Positions 36,254-50,614 are shown, numbered from the stretch's first letter. The stretch: DNA of 64,000 nucleotides from Antedon mediterranea (GCF_964355755.1 NC_092671.1:23138070-23202069); one strand, 5' to 3'. Notes: generated by a model not told the origin, from the letters alone. Made by a program: numbers and translations.

Positions 36254-39200
36254 GAGAAATGTTACGCAAGCATTACAGTCTTTAATAGTGATTGCAGATC
36301 TCAAGAATATCAACTGTTCATGATCTGTTCTCATTTAGTATAGTAGTACCAGTTGAATTATTTTTGTGATGATATTCCTAAAATGGTTGTATTATTGTAT
36401 TGAAGTTAATTCACTTAGATCTAGGCCTAATTCCATTGATCGTTAATAATCATGTGATTGTTTGTCATTGTGTGAATAATGATTAACTTAACGAATAGTT
36501 TCTTAAAAGTAACTTGTAATGTATTTCTAATTGTTAAATACAATTTTTTATGTTTTTAATAAGTGTGTAAGTTTTTCTTTAAAGCGTTTTAATCGTAATT
36601 TCAAGAGTAATAGGTAGTTGTAACGTTTGAAACGGACTGGTAGATTAAACAAAAAAAACCAAAAAAAAACCCGTTATAATAACACTAATAATAGCACATA
36701 TTTTCGTACATGTATCAATGATTTATCTACATATGTGTGATTAATATTATTACAATAAAGACCATGTACATCTACGATATTTTTACTGTAAGTGGTATTG
36801 TAAATAAAAATTATGAATTCAATCGTGAGAAATGACCGATAGCTGTGTATTATTTTTTATTACTTTTATCATAATTGCAACAACAACAAAAAAAAACTCA
36901 GAGAAATCATAATTATCGAATACAGAAAGACGTTTTGGTTACCAACTGTATTTCTTGACACTTAATACATTTTAACAGAAAACAAGACCTTCAACCGGAG
37001 CCAAAAATGGAAATTTGTTTACGTGCAGGTTATTGCCATTAGATATTCTTAGAACTACTTTGGTTTTTATAAATATTGTCACTTTTTTTCTACACGTTTA
37101 TCTACCGAGATTTTGTTTTCCTTTTTATGAATCTTCCGCTGTTCATAAGCATTATTAATTTTTTATAGGCCTTGTTCTTCGCTTTGCAGGCTAAATCTTA
37201 TAACGGCATAGACCTACATTTTAACGGTTCTTTGTAAATATCCTCTTATTGATTGTTACCTATAGTTCTCTGAATGTTTTAATTTACCGTAGATGATGAA
37301 AAAATCCCTTAATCTAGCACCATTTAAAAAAAAAGGTTCCGCAGTAAATGGTTTATTTTTGGTGGTATTGATGGAATCATCGAGGCATAATATTAGGCTG
37401 AAAAACATGACGTCACTATTTTAAACGGTTTATCATACAAGAACAATTAACCAATCACAAAACTGAGCTACTGATTTGCGTAAATGTTTCTGGAAATGAC
37501 AAATTAAGGAAACACGTACACATTAATAAATATATATTAATTTTTATATAAATAATAGACAAAACAAAAGGAAATACACCAAACAAATCATTTTCGTTAT
37601 GAATTTATAATAACTTTAAATTTTGTCCATCACAGGAGACGCGTTTAGCGTTTTCCAATTGTAAAACAGTTTCGCATTGCGTCGCAACACATGCACATAC
37701 TGCAAGTACCGTACCGTACTGTAACAAGTCTACTGATATGTATTTTGTTGGTCACCACCTCATCATTTTAAAAACCAACTCATTTTATTTGCATTTTATC
37801 TACACCTCATGGTTAAAATGTGTTGTTTTTCATATAGAGTGTGATACTGCTTAAAACGTTAAGAACGACCTTCATTAGAAACACCTGGCGGAAGTTACAT
37901 AACTATTACGTAATCAGGAAATACACCAAGGTCATTTTCTGTCTGAAGTACCTCTTTTACTATTTACATACACCACCACGTGACTTTCTAAAATCCGTGA
38001 ACGCAATGCCGTAACTCTCTCTATATATGGCTCTGATAACAGAGCCATTGAAAGTTAAAATATCTCTGGTAGTGGTACAGTTACACAGTTACACTTACAA
38101 AGGAAAACGGACGTACGCCAATTAAAGAGGCCCAAAAACATTAAATGCATCACATAGGCCTACACACGTGTATAAAGAAATAATATTTGGGGATACACAG
38201 CTATTTAGAGACCCATCCGTAACACCAACACCCTTGTAATATAATAATATTTTTTCGGGCTAGAATAGGTGTACCCCATGAAATCAACGGGTATTTTACA
38301 GAATATTCAAATCACCACCTGAACCGTATAATTGGTATACCTTTTACTGTAGGCCTAGTAACCCTACCACATTGTAGTTCTGTATAACAAAATGATTATA
38401 TTTACTTGTTTATTACAATGATAATATTAATAATATTTCTAATTCGTCAGATAACGGACGGTGTACTGGATGGACCACAAAAAACTGCACACTGTCTTTA
38501 ATTAATAATTCATGATCATTATAATTTAGTTTTGTTGAAGGTTACGGAATCAAATGTAGGCCTACTGTATTTCATTTCTTTTGTTGCTATGGAAAGTTTG
38601 TCTGAAATAAAAGTTGAATTGAATTATTATTGTATTATTTATTTGTTCGAACGTCTGATTCACTCTCAGTTAATACTATAATAAAGGAATAGATATATTT
38701 CGGACTGTCTGATGTACCCCCGTGACAGATTGCAACCCCTAACTTAACTAACGTCGGTATATACCATCGGACTGTCTCTGAATATAGGTAGGCCTACCAA
38801 CCCCCGCGACAGATTGCTGCCCCAAACATAACAGTTAACCATCTATTATAGGGGGTGCAATATATTACGGATTGTCTTTAATATTTGGTACCCCGTGACA
38901 GATTGCACTTTTTTTTGTGTTAATTATTTTAACACTAAACCACAATAGTTCAATTGGTCAGATAAGATGGACACATACCGCATTGTACCTATACCACCAG
39001 GATCTCGAAAACTAAACACTGCCTTCAATCAAATAATGTATATAATAAATATTAAAGATGTATTGTCCCCCAATAACATTACATTACAAATTAATTAAAT
39101 CAGACTTTGAATAGGTTATTTTTTAGTTTTAATCATGTTAATCCCCCTGAAGAATATTTTTTTTCAGGGGGACAATAAATCTTTAATTCTTTGTCCTCTC

Positions 39201-39454
39201 CTTTTGTCATGTTTTTGCAAATGGATACAAAATCCAATGCTGGGAGTCTAAAAATATTGTATCCCCGTATTATACCCTTCCAGTATCTATATACACCAAG
39301 GGATAAAATATATCACGGTCGACTGTAAATAAAAGGTACCCCCGTACAGATTGAACACCCTATAACAGTTTAATAACTATCTATTATAGGGGGTGCAATT
39401 ATTACGGTCGACTGTCTAGAATATTAGGTACCCCCGTGACAGATTGTACCCCTA

Positions 39455-41260
39455 TAATAATATATATATAAATTTACGTAAGGGCAAAATTCGGTAAATC
39501 GCGCGTTATTTCTAGAATGTTTACTCGATGGTATAAAGTTGGTTCGTACTTTCGGTACTGATTTTAACCACCTGATGTAACCCTGTTTACTAATTAAATT
39601 GAGTTCGATAATTAGTTATTGACGATTAAAACGAATTTAGGTTCAACGATTTGCCCCAAATAGGGGTGTTTTTCGATCGTGGTATACACTGTCTAATGGA
39701 TGTCCGTCTTGAAAAATACCCGCAGACGATAATACGAGTATGCTTCGCATTTTCCTATTTCCTCCTACGATAATTGTTTTTAATGGCTGAAAACCGGTTG
39801 AACAGCTCGAGTACAGCATCATAATGTTGAAGACAGGCCGATTTTCTTTAAAAAAATACTATTTTGATAGATTTTTACGTTTATACAAATGTATTGATTT
39901 GCGATGAATGGAACATTCCAATCTCTGTTCCACAAGTGTCTATTCCCTCAGGCGTCGTAAAGGCAAGTACTGTATACTCATAACAGAAATTCGATCCATT
40001 TTTTTTTTTCAATCTGTGCTGCAGAGGTTGGATATAATTTTTTTTAAACGGATAATGAGCTAGCGTTTTCACTCACCGTATATTATGTACAAATCTTTAT
40101 TAGGGCAGTTAAACCACCAACATCATCACCCTTCCCTCACTGGCATGAGTAGCGTTGTAAAACCAGTAGAGGATAGGCCTACGGTACATCACATGCCCTA
40201 AACGCAGAACAACTTTGGTATGGTGGGTAGGGTAGGAACCAACTTAAGTATGAATTGACTCTAAGAAACAATTGAAAACCATTAGGCCTACTAATTAAGT
40301 TGAGTTAGATAATTTAATATTTATTGACGATTAAATCGAATTTATGATTTTCCCCGAATAGAGGTGGTTTTCACAAATTGTTTTACATTATATAAACATA
40401 TACATGTTGTAGTGATGTATCGTTACATGTACTGTACTATTTCAATCGACTATGACGGTGATAGTTTCAACAAAGTATTACATCGCAATGTTTTACTGTG
40501 TGTAGTGGTATATTATTTGTAAAACATGAAAACAATAATAATAATAATAACTGGTACTTGATATAGCGCATTATGCTGAAAGCCTCAATGCGCTTTACAA
40601 GGACAGAACAATTTAGAAAATTACAAATAAAAAAGGTGGGTTTTGATGAGAGATTTGAAGACACTGATGGGAGTAACCTGACGGATTTCAATAGGCAACG
40701 CATTCCATATATAGAGAAACGGATGCCGAAGAAAATGAACGATTTCCATAAAACTTAGCGGAAGGATGAAATATATGGGCAAGAAGAGACTCAGATCTAG
40801 ATCTCAGAGACCGCTTAGGAACATAAAGTTGAATAAGTTCAATTAATATTTCCTTACTAAATGGATAAAGAATAATATTTAAAAATTGTTCCTCTTTGCA
40901 CGCATCCTCTTCCCCATCCCTCAACCCTAATGTTACATACAAAACACAAATTAAGTTTGTTTAATTTGACTTGAACAATTGGTCTCATTTTGTGACAAGT
41001 TTCTCTTTCAGAAGTAATTCCCAGGGTGCTAATTTTAGTTGAGTACATAAATCACGGTGTCTATTTATTCGTTCCTGTAAACGACATGTATTATTGTCCT
41101 GCGGTACGTACATTTGAAATCGCCAGTTTTTTAACGCTGAAATTATTATGTATTCGAGAACCATCTGTGGGCACGACCTACGGTACGCGAGCGAAGTATT
41201 CGAGAACCATTTGTGGGCACGAGCTAGATGGTACGCGAGCGAAGCGAGCGTACCATCTAG
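39455..41260 (+). mobile_element. Non-autonomous Helitron
   Basis: 3' hairpin CTAGATGGTACGC...GCGTACCATCTAG ends in CTAG followed by T. The body matches the copy at 58550-59865. Confidence 0.8.
40533..40825 (-). mobile_element. Short L2 3' fragment inserted in the Helitron
   Basis: (TTA)n tail, an L2-like GCGC stem-loop end, and the YVPKRSLRS...YGNRSFS C-terminal motif. It is absent from the sister copy at 58550-59865. Confidence 0.65.
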
Positions 41261-43889
41261 TAGTAACTATCTAATATTCAGTTTGTCCACCAGTGGGAGT
41301 TTTTGACTTTTTTAACTAAATTAATAATTTGTCTAGGTGTGATCGTGTAATTGAGCTTAGAAGGGGAGGGGGGGGGGAGTTAATGTTTGGTCGATAATAT
41401 GTTAAACGGAGGAGGTGGGAGGGGGTATGGTTTGAATGGATATGCCTACATCGTGTGTAACTGTAACAGTGTCCGCCAGAGAGAACTTTTAAGGGCATCT
41501 TTACATTAATTTATATTTACATTTATATGGATCAATTACAAATTATAACAGGCAACAGGTACGTTATACAATAAACATCAAATAAGCCGTTGATTTCATC
41601 GCCCAAAAACGTGCCAATATTTGTTATAACGTAAAATATAGCCCAACTATCCACTAAAGAGAGAGTTTGAATTATTGAATTACAATATTCTGTCACCAAA
41701 AAAAATATGATATACATTTAATTTTTTAATGTGATAGGCCTATTTCCAGACGGTGACAAATTATGAGTTGACTATACATCGTATCGTTTTTGAATGTCCG
41801 ATTAAAAATAGCAGAGAAATGCAGTTTGTTTTAATAGGCCTAAAGATAGGCCTAATATGCAGTTTGTCTACCAGAGGGAGTTTTTGGACCTACGTTCTTT
41901 TTTAACTAAATAATTTGTCTGGGTGTGATCGTGTATTTGAGCATGGGTGGGGAGGGGGAGAGAGTTTATGTTTGGTCAATATGGGGGGGGGGGAGGGTAT
42001 GGTGTGAAGGGATAAGTCTACACCTTGTGTAACTGAATTGTCCGCCAGAGAGAGTTTATGGGCATCTTTACATAAATTTGTATTTAGTAAATTTATATGA
42101 ATCAATTACAAATAGCAACAGGTACGTTCTATATAAACATCAGATAAGCCGTTGATGTCATCGCGCCCAACCGTTTACGTTTATTTATCAATTTAACGTT
42201 GAAATCCAGTCGATTTTGGTTAAAATGATATGTTTTCAATGTTGAAAAAAGATTGAAAGTAAGTAGGTAGTGTTTTTAAACAATGTTTTCATCATTGAAT
42301 AACGGTTGTGAATTATGCTTCTATGTTTTAACCCCTTTACAACTTTACGTTTCTTTATGCAATCTCATTTCAACGTTAATTTAACGTTAAAATTGAGTTG
42401 GCATTTTTGGTTAAAATGACAACATGTTTTCATCATTGAATAAAGGTTGAAATTTTGTTTTCATGTTTTAACTCCATTACAGTATTACGTTTCTATATCA
42501 ATCTCACTTCAACGATAATTTAACGTTATAATTGAGCTGGCTTTTGGTTAAAATGGCAACATGATTTGAATTGAACATTGTGTTAATATAATGTTAACGT
42601 TAATTCAACGTTAACATCCAGTTGGCATTTTTGGTTAAAATGACAACATGTTTTCAACATTGAATAAAGGTTGAAATTACATTGTGTTAACGCCATTATT
42701 ACGTTTTTCAATCTTATTTCAACGTTAAGTTAAAGATGTATTGTCCCTTTGACTAATTCAACAACAACAATTTATTTAAAAAAATTAATATTTCGAAAAA
42801 AAGTTTCACTATTACAAATGTCTTAATTAAATGCACTGTGTTGAAGGGTGCAGTATGTTTGAATTTACAATTTGTCTGTAATATTTCTGCTACAGTATTC
42901 TGTAGTATTCTGACAGATATGCTACTTAAATTAGGGTGTATTTAAAACAAAAATCATAATGAAGGTTACATTGATTAAACATTAAATTATTACCCGAACC
43001 TTACTTTCTTTAAAAAAATACAAATAATAAGTCAATCTATCAATATTTATGATAGTTTTAATACGCTTGCTCCCTATGGAATTTATAAATTATATCTTAG
43101 GTTTAGGAAGTCTTTTTATGTTTTACATTCTAATGTTTAATGTCTTTTAGAAACTCAGACCAAAAATCCTTTTTTTTTTAAGATTCCACACATCATTTTT
43201 AACAAGGCTTTTTCTTGTAATCTGTTTTTTTAAAACTGTATGTACAGTGAAACAATAAAAATTATATGAAAAATTAATATGATTTTGAAATTATGAAGAA
43301 TCAGATATACAATAATTCGGTAAATAATGGCCAATGTAGTACACATTAGTATAACAATAATAGTATAATAATATGCTGCGCAGGAGGCCCGGCCTAGCTA
43401 TGCTAGTTACTAATAATAGTATTATATGCAAAAGATAATACGGACAATGCATTAATTTGTTTGTTTTAAGGTTGTTATAGTTTTGATGTTATTTTTTAAT
43501 GTATTCATCATGTGGAGATCTAAGATGGGATAAACCGCCTGCAAGAAACAGGTTAGATTCACAGAATATTCTACTGATAAAAATATTGTAGGCCTATATA
43601 AAAACCGAACAGAAAAGATTCGATATAGGCTACAAAACACCTCGGAAACTGCCATTTGGATATGTTGACGCAACTCTAGGAAAAGTGACGCTTTAGTAAC
43701 GCAATTTACTTACAGAAACAAAGTACAGATATTTTCCCTCTAAAAAAAATGGTATCGTCGAGAATATGTTCCCCTGGCGGACATACCGCCTGGCAGACAT
43801 ACCGCATGGCAGACAGTCTGCAGCAGGATCTCTATCGATTTTTGCGTGAGAAATTTGTAACAGAGAGTGATGCCCGCCCTCATAAGGGC

Positions 43890-46800
43890 GGATAATAACA
43901 ATACTTTATTGAACATACGCCTTCTTTACGCACACGTTCTACTGAACGGTGCGTTCTTACATACATATTAATACATACATTATGTTAGCCTGAAGGCTAA
44001 ATAAAAGTATAAATAGAAAATAAAAAGGAAAAAATAAACAATTATAAGGAAACGGATTGTACAAAAAGAAACTAAAGAGCAAAAAGTACAATACTTAACT
44101 TTGATGAAGTGTCAATATTTTATGTTTAGTGTTTTATTAACCATATATAATCCTGATTTAATTGTTTTTTTAAAGTTTTGTAAATATAAATTTAAAGTCT
44201 CCATGCAGCAGTTAAATGACGTTTACAATGATGATATAAAATACATATATAAAAATAAAGGCCTAAAATGAACAGAAATTACATTTGCAAAATTAACAAA
44301 TTAACAAAATTAACAAATTAAAGTTAAACATAAGAAATAAATGAATGACAAGCCATTTTAAGACCAACTAATACAAAAAAAAACAAAAAAAACTATACAC
44401 TATGCTAGTCTTACTCTGCAATACAGAACGGAAATCTGGTACAATTTCTAGATCTATTAATTGATAATTGCAGAGCGCTTTTTCCATGCTCTTTTGATAT
44501 ATATTTTGCAAACTTTATCAAGTATTAGATGGGTTTCTTTACTGAACATGTGATAGTCACTTCCAAGTGTTATGTGTATTTTAACATCAGTATTAGAGTT
44601 TATGAATAAGTGCCAAATATGATTAAGGTTAGAAGATTGCAATTGTAGTTTTAATTTCATGTTTTCTTCTTTTCTAATGTCATCGTAAGCAGGACATTCA
44701 AATAGGAAGTGTGTTACGTTTTCTATACGTTTCATATTGCAAAGACTACATAAACCATCATTTTCAGGTAGCCAATTGCATTTTCTACCTTCTAATGGCA
44801 GAGTATTTGTGCGCAACTTAAATTTGATGCTTACCCCTTCAAAATCTGTTTTGTCCAGAAGGTAAGTTTCTAGGCAAGGTTTTTTTTAAAGATTTGTATT
44901 CGTTGAGTGATGATTTTGTATTTAACTCTTGGCTCCAATTAGCAATTGATAAATCAAAGAGAGGTTGTTTAAGAGGGCACACCCAATGTGAGTTAACAAT
45001 TCTTTGTTTTTACGAATATATTCAAATATATCATTTGCATTACCTTTAGTAAATAGGTTTTCTAAGTGATTTACAATCTTATAACTTAATAGATTAAAAT
45101 TACAGTTTAAGTCAAACAAAGAAGTAAGTAATAATTTTGGCCACCGATTGTGATCCATCAATAAAATACGATTGAAAAAAATTATCGTATAATTATCCTG
45201 TATAACAGAAATAGGCGACCAGCCAAGTTCGCCGTATAACGCTGTCCGTGTTGTATTACGTGGTACGGTACTTTTAAAATACACCGTGCCATTTGAAGCT
45301 GCAATTTTTCAAGTTTTATAAACGTCAGAATAACTACCACACCACGTTGAAAAAGCATAATTAATTGACTGTAAAGCGATTACCTTCCATAAAATATCGT
45401 AGTATATGCGGTAGACGATTTCCCTTTTTAATTACATTTTCAAAATGAACATGATCATTTAGATTACGTGATATATAAACACCTAAATACTTATAAGTAT
45501 CGACTTCTGAAATACCATAATCTCCTAACTTCCATATCTTATTTTTATCAGTTCGCTTGCCGATTATCATAATATTTGATTTGTCATAATTGAATTTTAG
45601 TTTCCAAACTTTGGCGAATTGGGTTGCAATATCCAACATTTTTTTTCATTTCATGTTCATTGTCTGCAATAAGACTAACAACATCATCAGCCCAAAAAAT
45701 TCCTCTTATCCAGATATCATTAATTCGTACTCCAATATTATGGGATTTCAGAAGTTTTGTGAACTCATGTAAAGATGGCAAAAAATACAGGTGAAAGTAC
45801 ACACCCTTGCTTTACACCTTATAGGCCTATATCCCCAAACTTTACATGACCTCGTACATTTGTGTAAAGTGCATCAATTATTTTCCAGACGCGGCCTCTA
45901 ATGCCTGAAGTCCAGGATGGTGATAATAGGCCATCTCTCCACATGGTATCAAACACCTTTCGGAAATCTAAATGTGTTGTTTTCCCTCTTTTCGGCGACA
46001 TGTGACAATACTTTTTAGAGTGAATATAGGCCTATGGTCTTCACATCTGTGTCGTGATCTAACTAAAACCTCACTGTCACTGGATCTACGAAAGTACATC
46101 GTTATTTTCAAGATAGTGGGATATATTTTTTTGCCACTATTCTATTAAAGACCTTTGAAACGCATGAGTTTAAAGAGATTCCTCTATAATTGTTTAAGTC
46201 TGTACGATCTCCTTTTTAAAAAATTGAACATAATAAATGCTAGTGTTCCATTCAGATGGTATTTTTTCAAGTATGATTATTCTCTTACATAGTCTTAGCA
46301 ATGAGTTGTTTAGTACATCTCCCCCGTTTTTTATTAGTTCATTGGTAATGTAGTCGGGTCCTGGAGCTTTATTATTTTTTGCAAGTGAAATAGATTCGGC
46401 TACAATTTCATAATTAATTCTATGTCATATAAATAATTTTCTTTATTGTCTATGGATATGTAATAATTTTCATAATTGGTTCTAATTTGTTCAACCGACT
46501 TTTTGGTTCTAAAAAAGTTGTAATCACACATATCCTGATCCATTTTACCTAGGGTTTCCCAGTATTGTTTGATTGTTTGGCTCATAACTTTTTATCTGAT
46601 ACAGTATTATTGGAACCTGGTACCTTGATACAACCTATCACTTTGTTTTTATCGTGTTTACAACCTCTTAAAGATTTCCAGAAGTCTTTGCATGAGGGAC
46701 CACCTTTATTAGCAATATCAACAGACCGCCGTTTCACATTTGTTTTCAAGATCTTTTGCTTAATTAAACGCTTGGCAATAGTACGTTTTTCTTGGTACGA

Positions 46801-47610
46801 AAGCCATAGCAATTTACGTTTGTTTTCATCGTTATCTTAGATTTAATGCATTGTCTATGGAGTTTAGCTGCTTTTTTCCTATCTCTGATAGCAGTGCCTA
46901 TTTCTTTATCAAACCATGGTTTACTTTTAGTCTTAGTTTCTTTAACACCTATACCATTGGTTGCTGCGAATATTATAATATTTTTCCAGGATTACCAGAG
47001 GGCATCAATATCTTCAAATGAACTAGCATCCCAGTTATTAAGTTTATTTTGTAAAATATATTGTTTAGTTTCGGTGGTGTGGCTGTACTAGTTTTATTGT
47101 GTTGAACATTAATTGTTAACAATAGAACATTGTGATCACTACCTAGGCCATATTCTCTTTCTTCGTCTATTAAAAAGTTATCAACTAAATTAATAGATCT
47201 TTTGAGCACAAAAAAATATTATGTGCTTTGTTTATCGGCCCTTGACCACGTTATTTTACCATTACAAAGGATTGTAGAGTGTAATATTGTTAGGCCTGCA
47301 TTGTCTTTCAATTCTAATAAGCGTTGACCGTTAGAGTTCAAGGTTAGGATCCCCATTATCTATTTCTCTGCCAATCCTTGCGTTAAAATCGCCCATTATA
47401 AGAATATGGGGATCATCTTGTTCGTTAAAACTTTCTATCTTAATTTGTTCTGAGAGCAACTGATTATGTAATTCATCGGTTACTTCTACGTTAGCGCCTT
47501 CGACAGGAAAATAAGCAATGGCGATATACATAGAATAATTATTACAGTCCAATCGAACTTTTACCCACAATCTTTCATATTTATCGGACAGACTATCAAA
47601 TACATTGTTC
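43890..47610 (-). mobile_element. Degenerate LINE (RTE-X-like) with endonuclease, RT and C-terminal CCHC
   Basis: Fragmented ORFs give MGDFNARIG, GSDHN, LDFRKVFD, WADD, YKYLG, LYGELGW and CSLC..EN..HFLFECPAY. AATAAA and tail near 43890-43910. Confidence 0.85.
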
Positions 47611-48751
47611 TTTTGTGCTTTTTATAGTATGGCATTTGCACGGATTGTTTGTTGTGTTGAGTACAGTTTGGCTCATTGTTCTGGGTAATATGTGGTTCGT
47701 TAAAAAGTCTCTTATCAAGTGAATGTTCCATTCATGTTGTTGGTTCCGAGAATTCTGCATTGCAGGTAAATTCCTATGTTCTGCGGTATATACAGACTAA
47801 ATAAGAATTTAGTAACCATCCGTAGGAAGACCAAGAAATAATGAATCAAATAAAGAAAGACTTACAAGGACAAGTAGACACTAACACAATAACAAACCAT
47901 CCTGCCATAAACAGACAAAAATCGTAAGCGTAATGTCGGAAGACGGAAAACGAACAAGAAAGAAGAAATATTAAGGTTCATCTGCAAAAAAATTGCAAAG
48001 AAGCTGATTTCAACGGATTTGTGTAGGTATGGGTATGCAGATATAGGCCTACCCAACACAATTGTATCTTCGCAACAAAATATGGTATATGGTTGAGTTT
48101 GGTGTCGAAATGCACACAATTATGCCAGGAATTAAACAAAAATGTAATTGGACCCTTATGACCATATCTTGACCTTCAAAAATCAGGTCAAAGGTCAATA
48201 TACCCATTTTTGGGGTTTAATAATGCACTATCAATTCAAATATTACATTATAAAGTGCATGTCAACTGATTTGTGTAGGTATTGGTATACAGATATACCA
48301 AAAAAAAAGAATAATAGGAAAGGAAGAATAGGGGTCGGGAAATTCTTTTTTTCGTGTTAAAGGTCATTGACCTTTAAAAATACTAAAATTTGTATCTTCG
48401 CAACTTGGTGTCAAAATGCACAGAACTATACTAGAAATGAACCGCACATAAAATTGGTCCACTATGCCTATATCTTCAGCGTTACAAATGAGGTCAAAGG
48501 TTAATATACCCATTTTTGTGTTTTCCACAAAAATTAGGATAGGCCATCCTGTCCAGAATTGCATTATATTATATAAAAAAACACTCACTAAATTATTTAT
48601 GACTTCAGGTCTGAGAGAAAACAAGTGGGAACATGTTTTTTTTTTTATTAAAGGTCATTGAACAGATTGTGTTAAATGATTGATACCTGTATATAATACA
48701 TACACTTTACATAAATAATAAATACATAATGATAATAATGATACACGTTAC

Positions 48752-48898
48752 TTATTGGTAATCGGTTTCCTCTTCATCACTAGGTTCGTTTGCACTTGAA
48801 CCATTCAAGCAGTGCCCACAGCACACCCCATATGCAGAAATACATGACAATCCTGTCTTAATACAGCTGCATTTCAGTCTTTGACACCGGCGCCCCTG
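48752..48898 (-). pseudogene. Cys-rich CXC-like C-terminal fragment, probably a remnant of an Academ-type transposase
   Basis: Manual translation gives RRCQRLKCSCIKTGLSCISAYGVCCGHCLNGSSANEPSDEEETDYQ*. It is followed by TGACC-rich repeats of the kind seen in DNA transposon interiors. The family assignment is from memory. Confidence 0.5.
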
Positions 48899-50614
48899 TT
48901 TATACTGTATTTCAATTTAACTTTTAAAATTTAACTCATTATATTTCTTTGTATTAATATAGTTAATATATTATGCATTATTTGTCTTCTTCTTAAATTG
49001 GTAAGGCCCTATACTGTTATTATTTAAGGCAAGTTGATATACACTATTATTTTAATATTAAATGTTTATCTAAATATTTTGTCTAATTGATTTTGTGTAT
49101 AGGCCAATGGCATCAAGGTTTTTCTCAAAGCAAATTAGCCTAATGATGCCACATTTAGACAAATGATTCATTGATTTCCGATATTCTGTACTTGTGCATG
49201 CATTACTAAAATAATAGTTACATTAGTATATTTCATTTATAATGTATGTATAAACATTTCTTCAGTTTTTTTACATTTTAAAAACAAAGCAGTGCTTTTT
49301 GTTTAACATTTAAAAAGTATTAAAATAATTCTTATCTACCTTTCTGTTATTGTTACTATTATATAACATTTTTTGAGGCAGATTGTTTTTAATAAAAAAA
49401 AAAAAATGTAAAACAATTAATTTGACTTATACTGTACTACGTTAGTTCAGGAGATGAAGTGTGTGTGGGCAGAATCTGGTGTTTGAGGTTGGTGGTGTGT
49501 GGTGTAAAGTTATCACTTTAAGACCTAAATTCGATGTTTCCTGAAGAAAAGAAGTTAGCAGATATGCTTTCCAACAACAAGAAGATTCACAAAAAAATAA
49601 TTAATTCCCAATAAAATAGTATAACAGTGTATACAATATAGTACATTGAATAAACTCAAGCGGAACAATAACGCACATAAACATTTTTTTCTTGTCGAAA
49701 AGAGCCCTCTCTAGTTTTCTATTAATTTATTAATTATTAATAATTAATTAATGGGTAATATGAATATATTTTTAACATTTAATTTTGAAGGCTGGTTCTA
49801 CTGTACTCCTAACAAAGTTCCATATCTCCAAATTTCATCAACGTATTCAAAGCACTTCAATAAATAAATTTAACATTTAGGGTTATGGATTGAATTTTGC
49901 TTTAAAACATATACAAAAAACATGGATAAAAAATACTTCTTTTATATGTTCAATATAGGTTGCTCTATTCACAGAAACAAAATTGCATTCATTTTTTTCT
50001 ATTGTTTTTTCAAAATCATTATTTGGTTGAAAAAAACTGGAGTTGGAAATGTATGGTCTTTCATAAGTGTACATTTGGTAAAAACGTAAATTAAAAAAAT
50101 GAGTGATATGGCTTGATAGTTTTTTTTTTTTGCAATATGGATGGAGCAACCTATATTGAACATTTATACCAAGTATCAAATGTTTTTAAATAACGATAAA
50201 ATCATTTAAATTTGAGCGAAAACAGCCATTTTTATTACCTGCTGCATAACAGAACCGTTTTTTTCATTGAACTAAATGAATATTATACTACTAGACATAG
50301 AAATGATTTTAGACTAGAAATTGTAACTACAAAAATATCACATTGTATTTGCGATATTGTGATGTTGCTTTAAAAAAAAATGTAAATCACTTTTTCTTAT
50401 TTTCTCTTGTTTTTATTGTTGTATAAGTGTTTTTTCTTACGTCTTAACTTAATTGTACACAATATGATTCAAAATCATGTCATATAAACTATATTGTAAT
50501 ACCCTAATCATAAAATATTGATAAACACCACATACTTTGCAGGTTATCTTGGATTTCAAAATGGGCACAATGTGGAAAGTTTCATGCTTTTTTCCTTTAA
50601 ACTATGGTTAATTT

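Larger units (their letters stand above)
33098..37964. mobile_element. Non-autonomous Polinton/Maverick-like element with gene cargo
   Basis: TACATA at 33092-33097 and 37965-37970. The left end begins AGTAGT. TIRs 33098-33201 and 37861-37964 have 95 identical inner bp and 3 mismatches in the outer 9. Subterminal tandem repeats are present. No pPolB, integrase or capsid ORF is visible. Confidence 0.8.
29104..38035. mobile_element. Non-autonomous TIR DNA transposon of uncertain superfamily; host of the Polinton-like element
   Basis: Perfect 12-bp TIR CAGAGCCATATA (29104-29115 and 38024-38035). ATAA flanks both ends (29100-29103, 38036-38039). Confidence 0.65.

Noticed and set aside
36254-37860. 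Additional Polinton core genes in the right half of the element
   Set aside because: No ORF of 60 aa or more and no recognisable pPolB, integrase, ATPase or capsid motif. A decayed gene cannot be excluded without a profile search.
38690-39450. Repeated GACTGTC...GTACCCCCGTGACAGATTGCACCCCT motifs as a structured RNA or array
   Set aside because: Irregular spacing and decay fit transposon subterminal repeats, and boundaries could not be defined.
42170-42730. AACGTT-rich palindromic repeats
   Set aside because: They resemble subterminal repeats of a decayed DNA transposon, and no ends or TSD were identifiable.
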